Positions 36,824 to 46,069 of a stretch of 64,000 nt of DNA are shown here, piece by piece (position 1 is the first letter of the stretch; each line of letters begins with the position of its first letter). The DNA is from Terriglobia bacterium (GTDB lineage: Bacteria > Acidobacteriota > Terriglobia > Bryobacterales > Bryobacteraceae). The stretch lies in contig CAVWRA010000010.1 of the NCBI GenBank assembly GCA_963757265.1, positions 344,627 to 408,626 of the forward strand, read 5' to 3'. Under the pieces are notes generated by a model. It had not been told where the DNA came from. It saw only the letters and a list, made by a program, of their open reading frames with translations, and did no database searches. The translations under genes and the position numbers were made by a program.

Positions 36824-39226
36824 TCATTGCAGCTTCGCGTACTCGGTTTTTGCGGCGACGAGGATGGGGATGTCGGGGTCGGCGTCTTTCCACAGTGTGA
36901 GGAAATTCTGATAGGCTGCCTTGGCCTTGGCCGCGTCGCCTTGCAGGGCGTAAGCGCGCGCCAATCCCAGCCGGGCCAGCGCACCCCACGGGAAATTCAC
37001 CACCAGTCCCCGGTTGTCGATGAACTTCTGAAACTCCACAGCCGCTCGGTTGCCGTCGTGGAGCATGAGGTAGGCTTCGCCACGCACATAAGCGGGGCTC
37101 ATGAGTATGGCGAGGTTCCCGGTCAGGCCGCTAAGTTCGATCGTGTTCGCCACTTTCAGCAGTTCGATGGCCCGGTTTGGGTCTTTTCGTTCTAAGGCGA
37201 TCCCCGCCCGGATGGTGGGCAACCAATACCTCTGCACCAGCGTGTCCAGCGGGAAGGTCTTGTCGAGTTCGGCCGCCAGCTTCTCCGCCCCTGCCATATC
37301 GCCCGCCCGCGTCAGGGCCAGCGCCGCCATCACCCGCACATCGCGGTTCGAGGCCAGCTTCAATGCCGCATTGGCCTCGGCGCGCGCCCGCTGCCGGTTG
37401 CCCGATTCCACCTCGCGCAGAGCTGCCGCTGCCTGATACCCTGCGGCACTCTCTTTGGCGTCGTTGTGCTGGGCTGATTCCATCGCCCGCCGGGTCAGCT
37501 CATGGGCGTTCTTCAGCTTGCCGTACCAGCCTTCCGTATCCGCCTGCGCGGCCAGCAACAGGTCTTCCAGGCCCGGCTTGCCCATGGCGGCTGAGAGCAA
37601 CTGCGCCATCTGCGCCGCATCGCCCTTCAGAAAAGCCAACCAGTAGCGGCCCTGGAGCAGTTGCTCGTTCTCCAGCTTGTGCTCCTCCGCCTGCTTGTAC
37701 ACCGCCCCCGCTTCGTCCAGCCGGTTGAGGGCCATGTAGCCTTGGCCGAGGTCGATATGGTTGTCCACAATACTTGGGTCCAAGCGCAGCCCCTCTCGAT
37801 CTTCCTCCAACGCCTTGTCCCACTTTCCCAGGACCGATGAAGCCCATCCCAGCATGATGTAGGCAAGCTCTTCTCTTGGGTAGGTCTGCTGCCACAGTTC
37901 GTAGGTCTGCGCCGCCTTCTCCAGTTCTCCCGTCGCAAAGAAGTAGTAGTCCCCCTCGATGATAAACCGCTCGCGTTCGCTTACCTTCTCCCGCAGGTCG
38001 TAAGCCTTGCGTATATACTCGGCGCCCCGTCCCACCTCGTTGAGGCCGGAGTAGACCCTCCCCATGACGCCGTAGGCCATGGCAAAACTCGGATCGAGGT
38101 CCACTGCCAGTTTGTAGAAGGGCAGCGCGGCCGTGAACCCTTTCGTCCCGTGGGTCCTTACTCCCATGCTGTAGGCCTTCCACGCCTCCAGGGATGGCGT
38201 GGTCGCTTCCCACAGCGGCGTGGCGTATTTCTGCACCGAGCTGAGCGACTCGCCCAGTTTCTTCCGCAAGCTGACTGCCGCGGCGTCCAGAGCCTTGAGC
38301 ACCGCTTCCTTGCCCGCCGCCTGCTCCTGCGCTTCCGCCAGCACGTCCCCCGTGTCGCAGTTCACTGCCTTCAGTTCAATCACGTACTGGCTGCCGAGCG
38401 CCGCGATCGACCCGGCCAGCATGGCCTTGCTGCCCGTGCGCTGGCAGACCTCGCGCGTGACCTCCGGCGTCAACCGGTCACCCGCCGGACGTCCCATCAG
38501 CTTCAAGGTCTCATTCACCTTGCGATCGGAAACCAGGTCAAGAAAGGGTGATTGCTCTAGCTCTACCGAGAGCCCCTGCTTGAGCGTGTCGTCGAAAACA
38601 CTGTCGCCCGTCGTGTTGGTGAAGTCGGAGAGGACAATGGAGTCCTTGTCAGTGAGCCGCGTGGCTTGGTTGCGCCGCCAGAGGAAAACGCTGCCCGCTG
38701 CCAGCACTAGGACGGCAGCCGCGGCGAGAGCGGGCCACAGGAAGCGGCGGATGCGCGGGCGCGTCGGAGATTTGGCGGGAACCGCGAGGTGCTCCACCGG
38801 AGCGATGAAGCGGTACCCCTTGCGCGGCAGGGTCTCGATGAACCGCGGATTGTCGGCCGAGTCCCCCAGCGCCAGGCGCAGTCTCTTGACGGCGGTGTTG
38901 AGTCCCTGCTCGAACTCGACAAACGTCTCGGCCGGCCACAGCGCGTGCTGCAATTCCTCGCGCGCGACGATCTCGCCCGCATGCCGCAGCAGCAGGGCCA
39001 GAACCTGAAACGGCTGGTCCTGAAGCGGCACTTTCCGCCCGCGCTTGCGCAACTCGCCACTGGCGAGATCGGCCTCGAACACGCCGAAATGGACTGTGTT
39101 GGGGGCAGCCGCGGTGGGTTCCACTCTCGCACCTGGACTGCAGTCGAGTATAGCACCCGCTGCTCCGATTTCAATCCCGCCACCCGCGTAAACAACCGGT
39201 TTGTAATCAATTGATTGCCGCGTCAC
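36824..39226 (-). CDS. transcriptional regulator: OmpR/CadC-type winged-helix DNA-binding domain + TM + TPR repeats
   Basis: FGVFEADLASGELRKRGRKVPLQDQPFQVLALLLRHAGEIVAREELQHALWP...TAVKRLRLALGD...FIETLPRKGYRFIAPV is Trans_reg_C. One TM (FLWPALAAAAVLVLAAGSVFLW). C-terminal ~450 aa of TPR-like repeats. Confidence 0.85.
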   Translation of the reverse strand: MTRQSIDYKPVVYAGGGIEIGAAGAILDCSPGARVEPTAAAPNTVHFGVFEADLASGELRKRGRKVPLQDQPFQVLALLLRHAGEIVAREELQHALWPAETFVEFEQGLNTAVKRLRLALGDSADNPRFIETLPRKGYRFIAPVEHLAVPAKSPTRPRIRRFLWPALAAAAVLVLAAGSVFLWRRNQATRLTDKDSIVLSDFTNTTGDSVFDDTLKQGLSVELEQSPFLDLVSDRKVNETLKLMGRPAGDRLTPEVTREVCQRTGSKAMLAGSIAALGSQYVIELKAVNCDTGDVLAEAQEQAAGKEAVLKALDAAAVSLRKKLGESLSSVQKYATPLWEATTPSLEAWKAYSMGVRTHGTKGFTAALPFYKLAVDLDPSFAMAYGVMGRVYSGLNEVGRGAEYIRKAYDLREKVSERERFIIEGDYYFFATGELEKAAQTYELWQQTYPREELAYIMLGWASSVLGKWDKALEEDREGLRLDPSIVDNHIDLGQGYMALNRLDEAGAVYKQAEEHKLENEQLLQGRYWLAFLKGDAAQMAQLLSAAMGKPGLEDLLLAAQADTEGWYGKLKNAHELTRRAMESAQHNDAKESAAGYQAAAALREVESGNRQRARAEANAALKLASNRDVRVMAALALTRAGDMAGAEKLAAELDKTFPLDTLVQRYWLPTIRAGIALERKDPNRAIELLKVANTIELSGLTGNLAILMSPAYVRGEAYLMLHDGNRAAVEFQKFIDNRGLVVNFPWGALARLGLARAYALQGDAAKAKAAYQNFLTLWKDADPDIPILVAAKTEYAKLQ

Positions 39227-39317
39227 ATCGCCCGTTCTTGGGACATGTCGATTTCACTTGGCTTTCAGCCGCGGTCCATTGAGAGCCACCCCGAAGTAAC
39301 GAATTCTTGGTCTCGCG

Positions 39318-39926
39318 ATGGAGGCGAGATCAATGAAAACCGCAGCGATGATGACGATGGCAGCGATGCTGGGCAGCATGGCTTGGGCACAGGCCAAGTC
39401 CGACGGCCGGAAGGTGGTGGCTTGTATCGAAACCGACAGAGACAGCGCCGAGGTGGTGGACAAGGCAGCTAGTATTTCCTACAAGCTGTTTTGGCAGGCG
39501 GGCGTGAAACTGGATTTGCACACCGGCTGGCATTCCTGCGAAGCGCAGGGTGGCAAAGCGATCCTGGTCAGCCTGTCGATGCACACCCCCAAGGATCTGC
39601 TTCCCAGCGCTCTGGCCCATGCTCTCCCCTACGAAGGAGTGCACATCGAGGTGTTCTACGACCGGATGGCCCAGACCGAAGATGAGCTGCGGCCGTACCT
39701 GCTGGCGTATGTCGTCGTTCATGAGATCACGCATATTCTTGAGGGCGTCGCCAGGCATTCCGATAACGGGATCATGAAGGCGCACTGGGGCTCTGACGAA
39801 TATGCACTCATGAGGAGCGGCCAACTCCGGTTTGCGGAGGAGGACATCAAACTGATCCACAAGGGTCTGGCGGCGCCCGCCGCCCGCCTCGCCGCCGCAT
39901 CTCCAGCCGAGATCGCGGCGCGTTGA
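39318..39926 (+). CDS. small secreted putative zinc metallopeptidase (HExxH)
   Basis: Signal peptide MKTAAMMTMAAMLGSMAWAQA (likely start ATG 39333). Single VVHEITHILEGVARHSDNGIMKA motif. Confidence 0.5.
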   Translation: MEARSMKTAAMMTMAAMLGSMAWAQAKSDGRKVVACIETDRDSAEVVDKAASISYKLFWQAGVKLDLHTGWHSCEAQGGKAILVSLSMHTPKDLLPSALAHALPYEGVHIEVFYDRMAQTEDELRPYLLAYVVVHEITHILEGVARHSDNGIMKAHWGSDEYALMRSGQLRFAEEDIKLIHKGLAAPAARLAAASPAEIAAR

Positions 39927-39944
39927 ATGAGAGCTGCGGATGCT

Positions 39945-40260
39945 GGTCGGCCGGCCCTCCGACGCAACCCTGAATCCGACATTTCGACACGACACCCTAC
40001 TGTCGGACTCTGTCTTACGATCTAGAATGTCCTAACCCCTTATCCTCGTTCGCCCAGGTGTTCGAAAGATCCCAATATTTATAACAAAATGAACGACAAA
40101 ATGAAGTGGACCAGCCCTCTTAGTACGCCATCGTTGGCGGCAGGTATTTGTCATACTCGGTATGACAGAATTCGACACTTTTCGACACTAGTGTCGAATT
40201 CGGCTTTGTTCCTCTCGTTTCCGCGGCGAGCCCAGTCCCACCTCGCACAATCCCTGCCGA
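39945..40260 (-). repeat. conserved non-coding module with TGTCG boxes (copy C, inverted relative to copy B)
   Basis: Contains the perfect 16-bp palindrome TCGACACTAGTGTCGA (40182-40197), tandem TTCGACAC boxes 10 bp apart (40171, 40181), hairpin GTCATAC-tcg-GTATGAC (40150-40166) and a GGCTTTGTTCCTC block (40202-40214). The centre is AT-rich and variable. Confidence 0.6.
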
Positions 40261-40546
40261 ACCCGTCTACCTTGGCCTCCACGAAACCCTCCACTCCCCC
40301 GTATGCGACTGCACCTGCCACCTCCCTCAAGTGGCACACCCCGCCGGACACACCTCTCCCACATGCCCTCATCGATCGCGCTTGTTCGGGACTCCCGCCG
40401 AGCCACCGGCACGCTGGTTGCCGCCTCCGGGCGCGAAGGGAGGAGTTGGTTGAGCGGCGGATCGAGCGGCCTGGCGCGGGCCGAACGGCCAGTTTTAGCC
40501 ATTTGCCTTTTGGGGCTGAGCCCCGCCCGCCCGCCAAACTGGGGCC

Positions 40547-41059
40547 CTAATCCTTAGCGGCTGGCTGGCGGGCTAGTTTGCGGCCCCACAACCCGGCGGC
40601 GATCAGTCCCATGCCCACCAGCCATAGCGCCGACGGCTCGGGCGCCGAACCCGTCGCGTCCGGAGGACCTCCCAGGTTCGAAGGAGGATCCGGCGGAAGG
40701 AAGTAGTTATTCCCGGGCCCGGGGTCCGGATTTTGCGAGCCGTTGTAGCCCCAGCCCGAAAAGATCGATGAGCCGAACAGGCCCCCGTCGTCGGCCGGGA
40801 AAAGCAGCCTCTCTCCACTGTCATGGTTTGACGAGCCGTCCCCCAGTAATGTCAATGGGCCGATTGCGCCGCCACGCGCGCCCGGGCAGCCGGGCACGCT
40901 GCCGCTGTCGAACAGGCTCTGGCATGGCCCCGACGTAATCCAATCGGCGAGGCCCGTGGAGGCGAGGGTTTTTTCAGGTTCAATCGGGCCGGCAAACGCA
41001 GGCGCGAGCAATGCGGGCAAGCCGAACAGACAGGCCGCAAGCAAACAGTTCAGACGCAC
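40547..41059 (-). CDS. PEP-CTERM sorting-domain protein
   Basis: Signal peptide MRLNCLLAACLFGLPALLAPAFA. C-terminal APEPSALWLVGMGLIAAGLWGRKLARQ is a PEP motif + TM + basic tail. Confidence 0.75.
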   Translation of the reverse strand: MRLNCLLAACLFGLPALLAPAFAGPIEPEKTLASTGLADWITSGPCQSLFDSGSVPGCPGARGGAIGPLTLLGDGSSNHDSGERLLFPADDGGLFGSSIFSGWGYNGSQNPDPGPGNNYFLPPDPPSNLGGPPDATGSAPEPSALWLVGMGLIAAGLWGRKLARQPAAKD

Positions 41060-41506
41060 TGGGGACCCTCCTAAGACATGAGTCTTCAGTGAGCCGGTCC
41101 GGGCGAGTACACAGATCCCCGGAACGGGGCACAGCGGGAGAGTATGGAAAAGAAGCCGCGCCGGTGGGTGGTTCGATTTCCACCGCTCACCAGCCTTTTT
41201 CTGGCGTTTCGCCGGCCACTCTACGAAGTTTGATCCGCTTCGACGGCGGCCTATGCGTTATATTTCTATTCGTATTCTAACCCGCCTATGCCCGCGAGTC
41301 CATGGAAACTCATCCTCGGCATGGGCCTGAGTGCCCGGAAAGTACCGTTCCAGTACTAGCCCGCATGCCCGCCAACGCCACACCGCGTCGCACGGGAACT
41401 TCTTCCCCGCCCCTATTCGTCCGCCGGCAACCGGCCGATCTAATGGGCGACGCTGCCTGAAAGGGCGGCGCGTACAGCAGGTTTTTAGGAGTCTTCGGGA
41501 AAAGAC

Positions 41507-42013
41507 ATGAAACGACGGTGGAGGCTTAGCGCGGGCGCGTGGATGTGGGCGTTGATCCTGGCCGGTGGGGCGTCGGCCGCGGAGAAACCAATCCCTGCCC
41601 TGCCGCCACCCGAATTAGTCGGACGCTGGCGCGGGCAGGGCCGCATCGTGAGCGACTGGACCTCGGTCCAGATCCTGCCCCTAGACATCGGGATCTTGCC
41701 CGACGGCTCCCTCATCGGCATGGTCGGGCACGCCGAAATTGCGGGCGGTATTTATCAGGAGCCCAGGAAGCGCTCGCCCAAAGAGCCGCAGTTTCTGCTC
41801 TCAGTCAACCTCGACGGCGAGCTGCTCGGCGACGGCGTGATGCGGCGCGCGCTGCAACTTTCCCTCAGCTCGACCAACGGCCGCCTGAGCGGCACAGGTG
41901 CGAGCGATGGCGCGTGGATGTGGCCGGGCGGATGGCGCGCCGACAAACGGCGCTCCAAGCCGCTGCAGGTGCGTTTCGTCAGTCTGGAGCGAGTGACGGC
42001 GCGAAGCCCCTAG
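41507..42013 (+). CDS. hypothetical secreted protein
   Basis: Signal peptide MKRRWRLSAGAWMWALILAGGASAAE. No motif recognised. Confidence 0.45.
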   Translation: MKRRWRLSAGAWMWALILAGGASAAEKPIPALPPPELVGRWRGQGRIVSDWTSVQILPLDIGILPDGSLIGMVGHAEIAGGIYQEPRKRSPKEPQFLLSVNLDGELLGDGVMRRALQLSLSSTNGRLSGTGASDGAWMWPGGWRADKRRSKPLQVRFVSLERVTARSP

Positions 42014-42059
42014 CGCCGTGTAGTTCAGATGTAGAATCAGTGCAGCCTACGCTGCGCCG

Positions 42060-43520
42060 ATGAGTGCGGCGCCGGCCAACGGGAGGCGCCCCATGCTCCA
42101 GACATCCACCGAAGAACTGTACGCCGAGCGCATGGCGCGCTACGTTTGTGCCATGCACAAGGGCGTGCCCGACCGAGTGCCCCTGCGGCCATTCGCCGCC
42201 GAGATCACGGCGCGCCACGCCGGCTTCACCTGCCAGGAGGTGACGCACGACTACCGCAAGGCGTTCGAGGCGATCATCCGTTGCTGCCACGACTACGACT
42301 GGGACGCGACCGTGCCGAACATGGTGTACGTCTGGACCGGCCTGACGCAGGCGGCGGGCCTGACCTACTACGGCGTGCCGGGCATTGATGTTGAGGCCGA
42401 CGTCTGTTTCCAGTACCGCGAGCCGGCCGAGCAGACCGCGTTCATGAAGCGCGACGAGTACGATGAGCTGATCGCCGACCCGGTGCGGTTCCTATACGAG
42501 ACGTGGCTGCCGCGCGTTTCGACCGAGTTCTGCGCGCGCGGCCAGGCGGCGACATTCCGCAACAATCTGGCTTTCGTGAAGAGCGGCATGGCGATGATGG
42601 AGTACTTCACCGCTTTCGGCCCGCAGGTGGAGCGGATGAGGCGCGAGTGCGGCACGGTCTCGGCGATCTGCGGCATGTTGAAGGCGCCGTTGGACATCCT
42701 GGCCGACAAGCTGCGCGGGTACCTGGGCCTGGCCTTCGACCTGATGGAAGTGCCGGAGAAGGTGGAGCAGGCCTGCCGCGCGTTGATGCCGCACCTGGGC
42801 TACCTAGCTCTGACCGGGGCCGATCCGTCGCGGCAGGTTCCGATTCCTATCTGGATGCACCGCGGGTGCACGCCGTTTATTTCCAAAGAGCATTTCGACC
42901 GGATTTATTGGCCGACGCTGAAGCCGATGGTCGAGGCGCTGTGGGCGCAGGGCAACCAGACGCTGTTCTACGCCGAAGGCAAGTGGGACGGGCACTTGGA
43001 AAGCTTCGCCGAACTGCCCGACCACAGCATCATCTACCACCTCGATCGCGGCGACCCGCAGCGCACGCACGAAGTGCTGGGCAAAAAGTTCTGCCTCAGC
43101 GGCGGCATGCCGAATGTAATGCTGGCGTTCTCCAAACCGGAAGAAGTGCGGGCGCAGTGCCGCAAACTGATCGAGGGCATTGGCGCCGAGGGCGGCTACA
43201 TCATGGACGCAAGCGCGATCATGCAGAACGATGCCAGGCTCGAAAACCTGCGGGCGATGACCGAGGCGACGCGCGAGTACGGGATCTATCGTTCCCCGTC
43301 CGCGCCGACGCCGGCGGCGCAGGATGAACGCCCGGCGGCCACAGGACTGCCGGGTTGGATCAGCGCTGCGCAGCCGCGGCCGGGCGTGTGCTACCCGTGG
43401 GCGGAAAAGTTGCGCGAATTGCCACCGATGCAGGGTGACGCGGGGCTGACGCAGCACGTGTGGGAGAACATCGAAGGCCTGGCGTACTTGTATATCTGGC
43501 ACTTACTGTTGAGCTTCTGA
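42060..43520 (+). CDS. uroporphyrinogen-decarboxylase (URO-D/MtaA)-like family protein
   Basis: Size and patterns (ERMARY..KGVPDRVPL.., FDWDA, GGYIMDASAIMQND) resemble URO-D-fold proteins. Assigned from memory of family features only. Start possibly ATG 42093. Confidence 0.5.
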   Translation: MSAAPANGRRPMLQTSTEELYAERMARYVCAMHKGVPDRVPLRPFAAEITARHAGFTCQEVTHDYRKAFEAIIRCCHDYDWDATVPNMVYVWTGLTQAAGLTYYGVPGIDVEADVCFQYREPAEQTAFMKRDEYDELIADPVRFLYETWLPRVSTEFCARGQAATFRNNLAFVKSGMAMMEYFTAFGPQVERMRRECGTVSAICGMLKAPLDILADKLRGYLGLAFDLMEVPEKVEQACRALMPHLGYLALTGADPSRQVPIPIWMHRGCTPFISKEHFDRIYWPTLKPMVEALWAQGNQTLFYAEGKWDGHLESFAELPDHSIIYHLDRGDPQRTHEVLGKKFCLSGGMPNVMLAFSKPEEVRAQCRKLIEGIGAEGGYIMDASAIMQNDARLENLRAMTEATREYGIYRSPSAPTPAAQDERPAATGLPGWISAAQPRPGVCYPWAEKLRELPPMQGDAGLTQHVWENIEGLAYLYIWHLLLSF

Positions 43521-43532
43521 GCAGAGACTGCA

Positions 43533-45995
43533 TTACGGCGCCTGGTCGCGCGCGCAACGGCAGCCGAAGTCGAAGACGCGCAAATTGGGCGCGTATTTCA
43601 GACGGTTGGAGACGCGGATACTCGGTGCACTGAAGAACCAGGAGCCGCCGCGCAACAGGCGCAGGGTTCCGGAAGAGGCTCCGGGCGGATCCACCGCCGC
43701 GCCCTGCTGGTAGTAACCGTCGGCATACGAATCGGCGACCCAGTTCCAGACGTTCCCGAGAGTATCGTAGAGCTTCCAGGCGTTGGGTTTCTTCTGGCCC
43801 ACGGGGTGGGGACCGTTGCCGTTGGCGTACAGGCGCTGGGCATAGTGCTGACGGTCGGAGGCCCACAAGGCCGTGGTATCGACGGGCGAGTTGCCGCTGT
43901 TGTCGCCGTACCAGGCGATCTCATCGAGGCTGCCGTAGCGCGCAGAGGAGGAGCCGGCACGGGCAGCATATTCCCATTCCGCCTCGCTGGGCAGGCGTCC
44001 TCCGGACCATTCGCAAAACTGGCGGGCCTGGTCCCAGGTCATGGCGGTTGCGGGGAACGAATCATCGCCCTGGCCTTCGTTGAGCAGGCGGCCGAAGTTG
44101 TCCTTCCCAGGCAGGGCGGGCTGGCCGCTGGCGGAACGGAACTTCTTCCAGGCCGCCACGGTGACCGAATTCTGCCCGATCCAGAAACCGTGTGTGAGGC
44201 GCACGCCGTGGGCGGGCTGTTCCACAGCCAGGCACTCGGCGTCGCCCCCCGAACAGCCCATCATGAACTCGCCCGAGGGAATGGACACGTAGTTCAAACC
44301 GTCCTTCGCGTTCAGGCGCACGGAGCCAGGGGCGGCGGCGGCCGAGCGGGGCATTGGCCCTGGAGCAGGCGCGGGCAGCGGCGGTTGTGAGACAGCGGGC
44401 TTGCGAGGAGCGGGCTGCGCTGCCGGCGGCGGGGCCTGGGTAGCGGGCGGCGCGGCCGCGGGAGTCTGAGCGGGCGCGGATGGGGGCTGCTGTCCGGCAG
44501 GTTGAGAGGGCACAGGAGAGGGCTGAGGCTGGGAAGGCGCGGGAGAGGGCGCGACCAAGGAGCGGGCCTGCTGCCGGGCGCGGCCGAGAAAACGCGGCAG
44601 GAGGTACCAGGCCCCTGCGCCAACGATGCCGACGAGAAGCAGTAGCAACAATACGACCCACAGAACTCCGCGGCGGCGGGGCGGCGGAGCGGGTGGCTTC
44701 CACCCGGCGCCAGGCAGAGGCGGCGCGGACAGAGGCGCAGGTGTGGGGGGCTGGGGCGCATACGGAGGCGCGGCGGACGGCTGGGGCGGGGTGTAGATGG
44801 CCGTATCAAGGAACTTAGGGAATTCAGGCCCGGGGAGCGGCGACAGTCGCGGCCGGGCGGGCGGCGGCCCGGCAGCGCGCTGGGCAGCGCCGGCAATGGG
44901 GGGCGCGAGTGGGGGCGCAGAGGGAAGCCCGGCAGCCGGTGGGGCGGCGTCTGGATGTGGCCGTGACTCCCAGGGAGCACGAAGGCCGCTGTCGGCGAAA
45001 GGCTGCGGAGCATGAGCCGGTTCAGGCGGGCGCAACGTCTGTTCGACGCTCCCGGTTTGAGCTGGCGCGGATGGAGCGAGCGGCGTGGGGGCGGCTTCGC
45101 CGGCCAAATCCTGATCGCCGATCATGCTGGCGCGCAGCGAGCGCAACGCGGCGGCCATCTCCTCACCCGACTGGTAGCGACTCTCGCGGTCGGAGGAGAT
45201 GGAGCGCATGACCAGACGGACGAGCTCCGAGTTGAGATCCGGGCGTGTGTCGGTGATCGGCCGGGGCTGCTGCTGAAGGCGGGCGATGAGCACTCCCATC
45301 GGCGTGGGCGCGCTGAAGGGGCGGGTGCCGCTGAGCATTTCATAGAGCACCAGTCCCACGGAGTAGAGGTCGGAGCGGGGGTCGAGCTCATGGCTGGGCA
45401 GGCCCATGGCCTGCTCGGGGCTGGAATACTCGGGCGTGCCAAGGGCGAAACCGGTGGGGGCCGTGAGCATGCCGGTGACCTGCATGTCGGCCTCGGCGAG
45501 CACCTTGGCGATGCCGAAGTCGATGACCTTCACGTGGCCGCCACCAGTGCCCGGCGTGGGATCGGCGGAAACGAGGATGTTCTGGGGCTTGATGTCGCGG
45601 TGAATGACGCCGCGGCGGTGGGCGAAAGCCAGGGCGTCGCAGACGCGGGCGGCGATTTCGAGGGCACGCTGCGGCGGCAAGGGGCCGCGATCAAGCAACT
45701 CGCGCAGGCTGGGCCCTTCCACGTATTCCATGACGACGAAGGGGAAGCCGTTTTCGGCCACGTCCACGTCAAAGACCTCGACGATGAAGGGATGGCGGAG
45801 ACGGCGCACGAGCTGCGCTTCAGCCAGGAAGGCCTTGATGAACTGCGGGCGCGCGTCGAGCAGGAGTTTCAGCGCCTGGAACTCATCGAGCAGAATGTGC
45901 CGGGCGCGATAGACGACGCCCATGCCGCCACGGCCGATTTCGCTCAGAATCTCGTATTTGCCGCGAAGTACATCGCCAGGTTGCAGGTCGCTCAT
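43533..45995 (-). CDS. Ser/Thr protein kinase, Pro-rich linker, TM, extracytoplasmic FGE-sulfatase (SUMF1-like) domain
   Basis: From ATG 45995: GRGGMGVVYRA, ALK, HRDIKPQNIL, DFGIAK, GTPEYSSPEQ. TM VLWVVLLLLLLVGIVGAGAWYLL. C-terminus GFWIGQNSVT...RLPSEAEWEYAARAG...GNVWNWVAD...RGGSWF. Confidence 0.85.
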   Translation of the reverse strand: MSDLQPGDVLRGKYEILSEIGRGGMGVVYRARHILLDEFQALKLLLDARPQFIKAFLAEAQLVRRLRHPFIVEVFDVDVAENGFPFVVMEYVEGPSLRELLDRGPLPPQRALEIAARVCDALAFAHRRGVIHRDIKPQNILVSADPTPGTGGGHVKVIDFGIAKVLAEADMQVTGMLTAPTGFALGTPEYSSPEQAMGLPSHELDPRSDLYSVGLVLYEMLSGTRPFSAPTPMGVLIARLQQQPRPITDTRPDLNSELVRLVMRSISSDRESRYQSGEEMAAALRSLRASMIGDQDLAGEAAPTPLAPSAPAQTGSVEQTLRPPEPAHAPQPFADSGLRAPWESRPHPDAAPPAAGLPSAPPLAPPIAGAAQRAAGPPPARPRLSPLPGPEFPKFLDTAIYTPPQPSAAPPYAPQPPTPAPLSAPPLPGAGWKPPAPPPRRRGVLWVVLLLLLLVGIVGAGAWYLLPRFLGRARQQARSLVAPSPAPSQPQPSPVPSQPAGQQPPSAPAQTPAAAPPATQAPPPAAQPAPRKPAVSQPPLPAPAPGPMPRSAAAAPGSVRLNAKDGLNYVSIPSGEFMMGCSGGDAECLAVEQPAHGVRLTHGFWIGQNSVTVAAWKKFRSASGQPALPGKDNFGRLLNEGQGDDSFPATAMTWDQARQFCEWSGGRLPSEAEWEYAARAGSSSARYGSLDEIAWYGDNSGNSPVDTTALWASDRQHYAQRLYANGNGPHPVGQKKPNAWKLYDTLGNVWNWVADSYADGYYQQGAAVDPPGASSGTLRLLRGGSWFFSAPSIRVSNRLKYAPNLRVFDFGCRCARDQAP

Positions 45996-46069
45996 GGCCG
46001 GTGGGCCTTCCCGTGATGGAGGAAATGAGACCAGAGTAGCAGAACGGGCGGTGAATGCAGGACGAAAAA

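Noticed and set aside
40089-40550. 153-aa ORF inside the TGTCG-module region, and the 22562-22897 ORFs in copy B.
   Set aside because: The two module copies differ by indels that do not preserve any frame. There is no RBS. The composition is Pro/Ser/Arg-rich.
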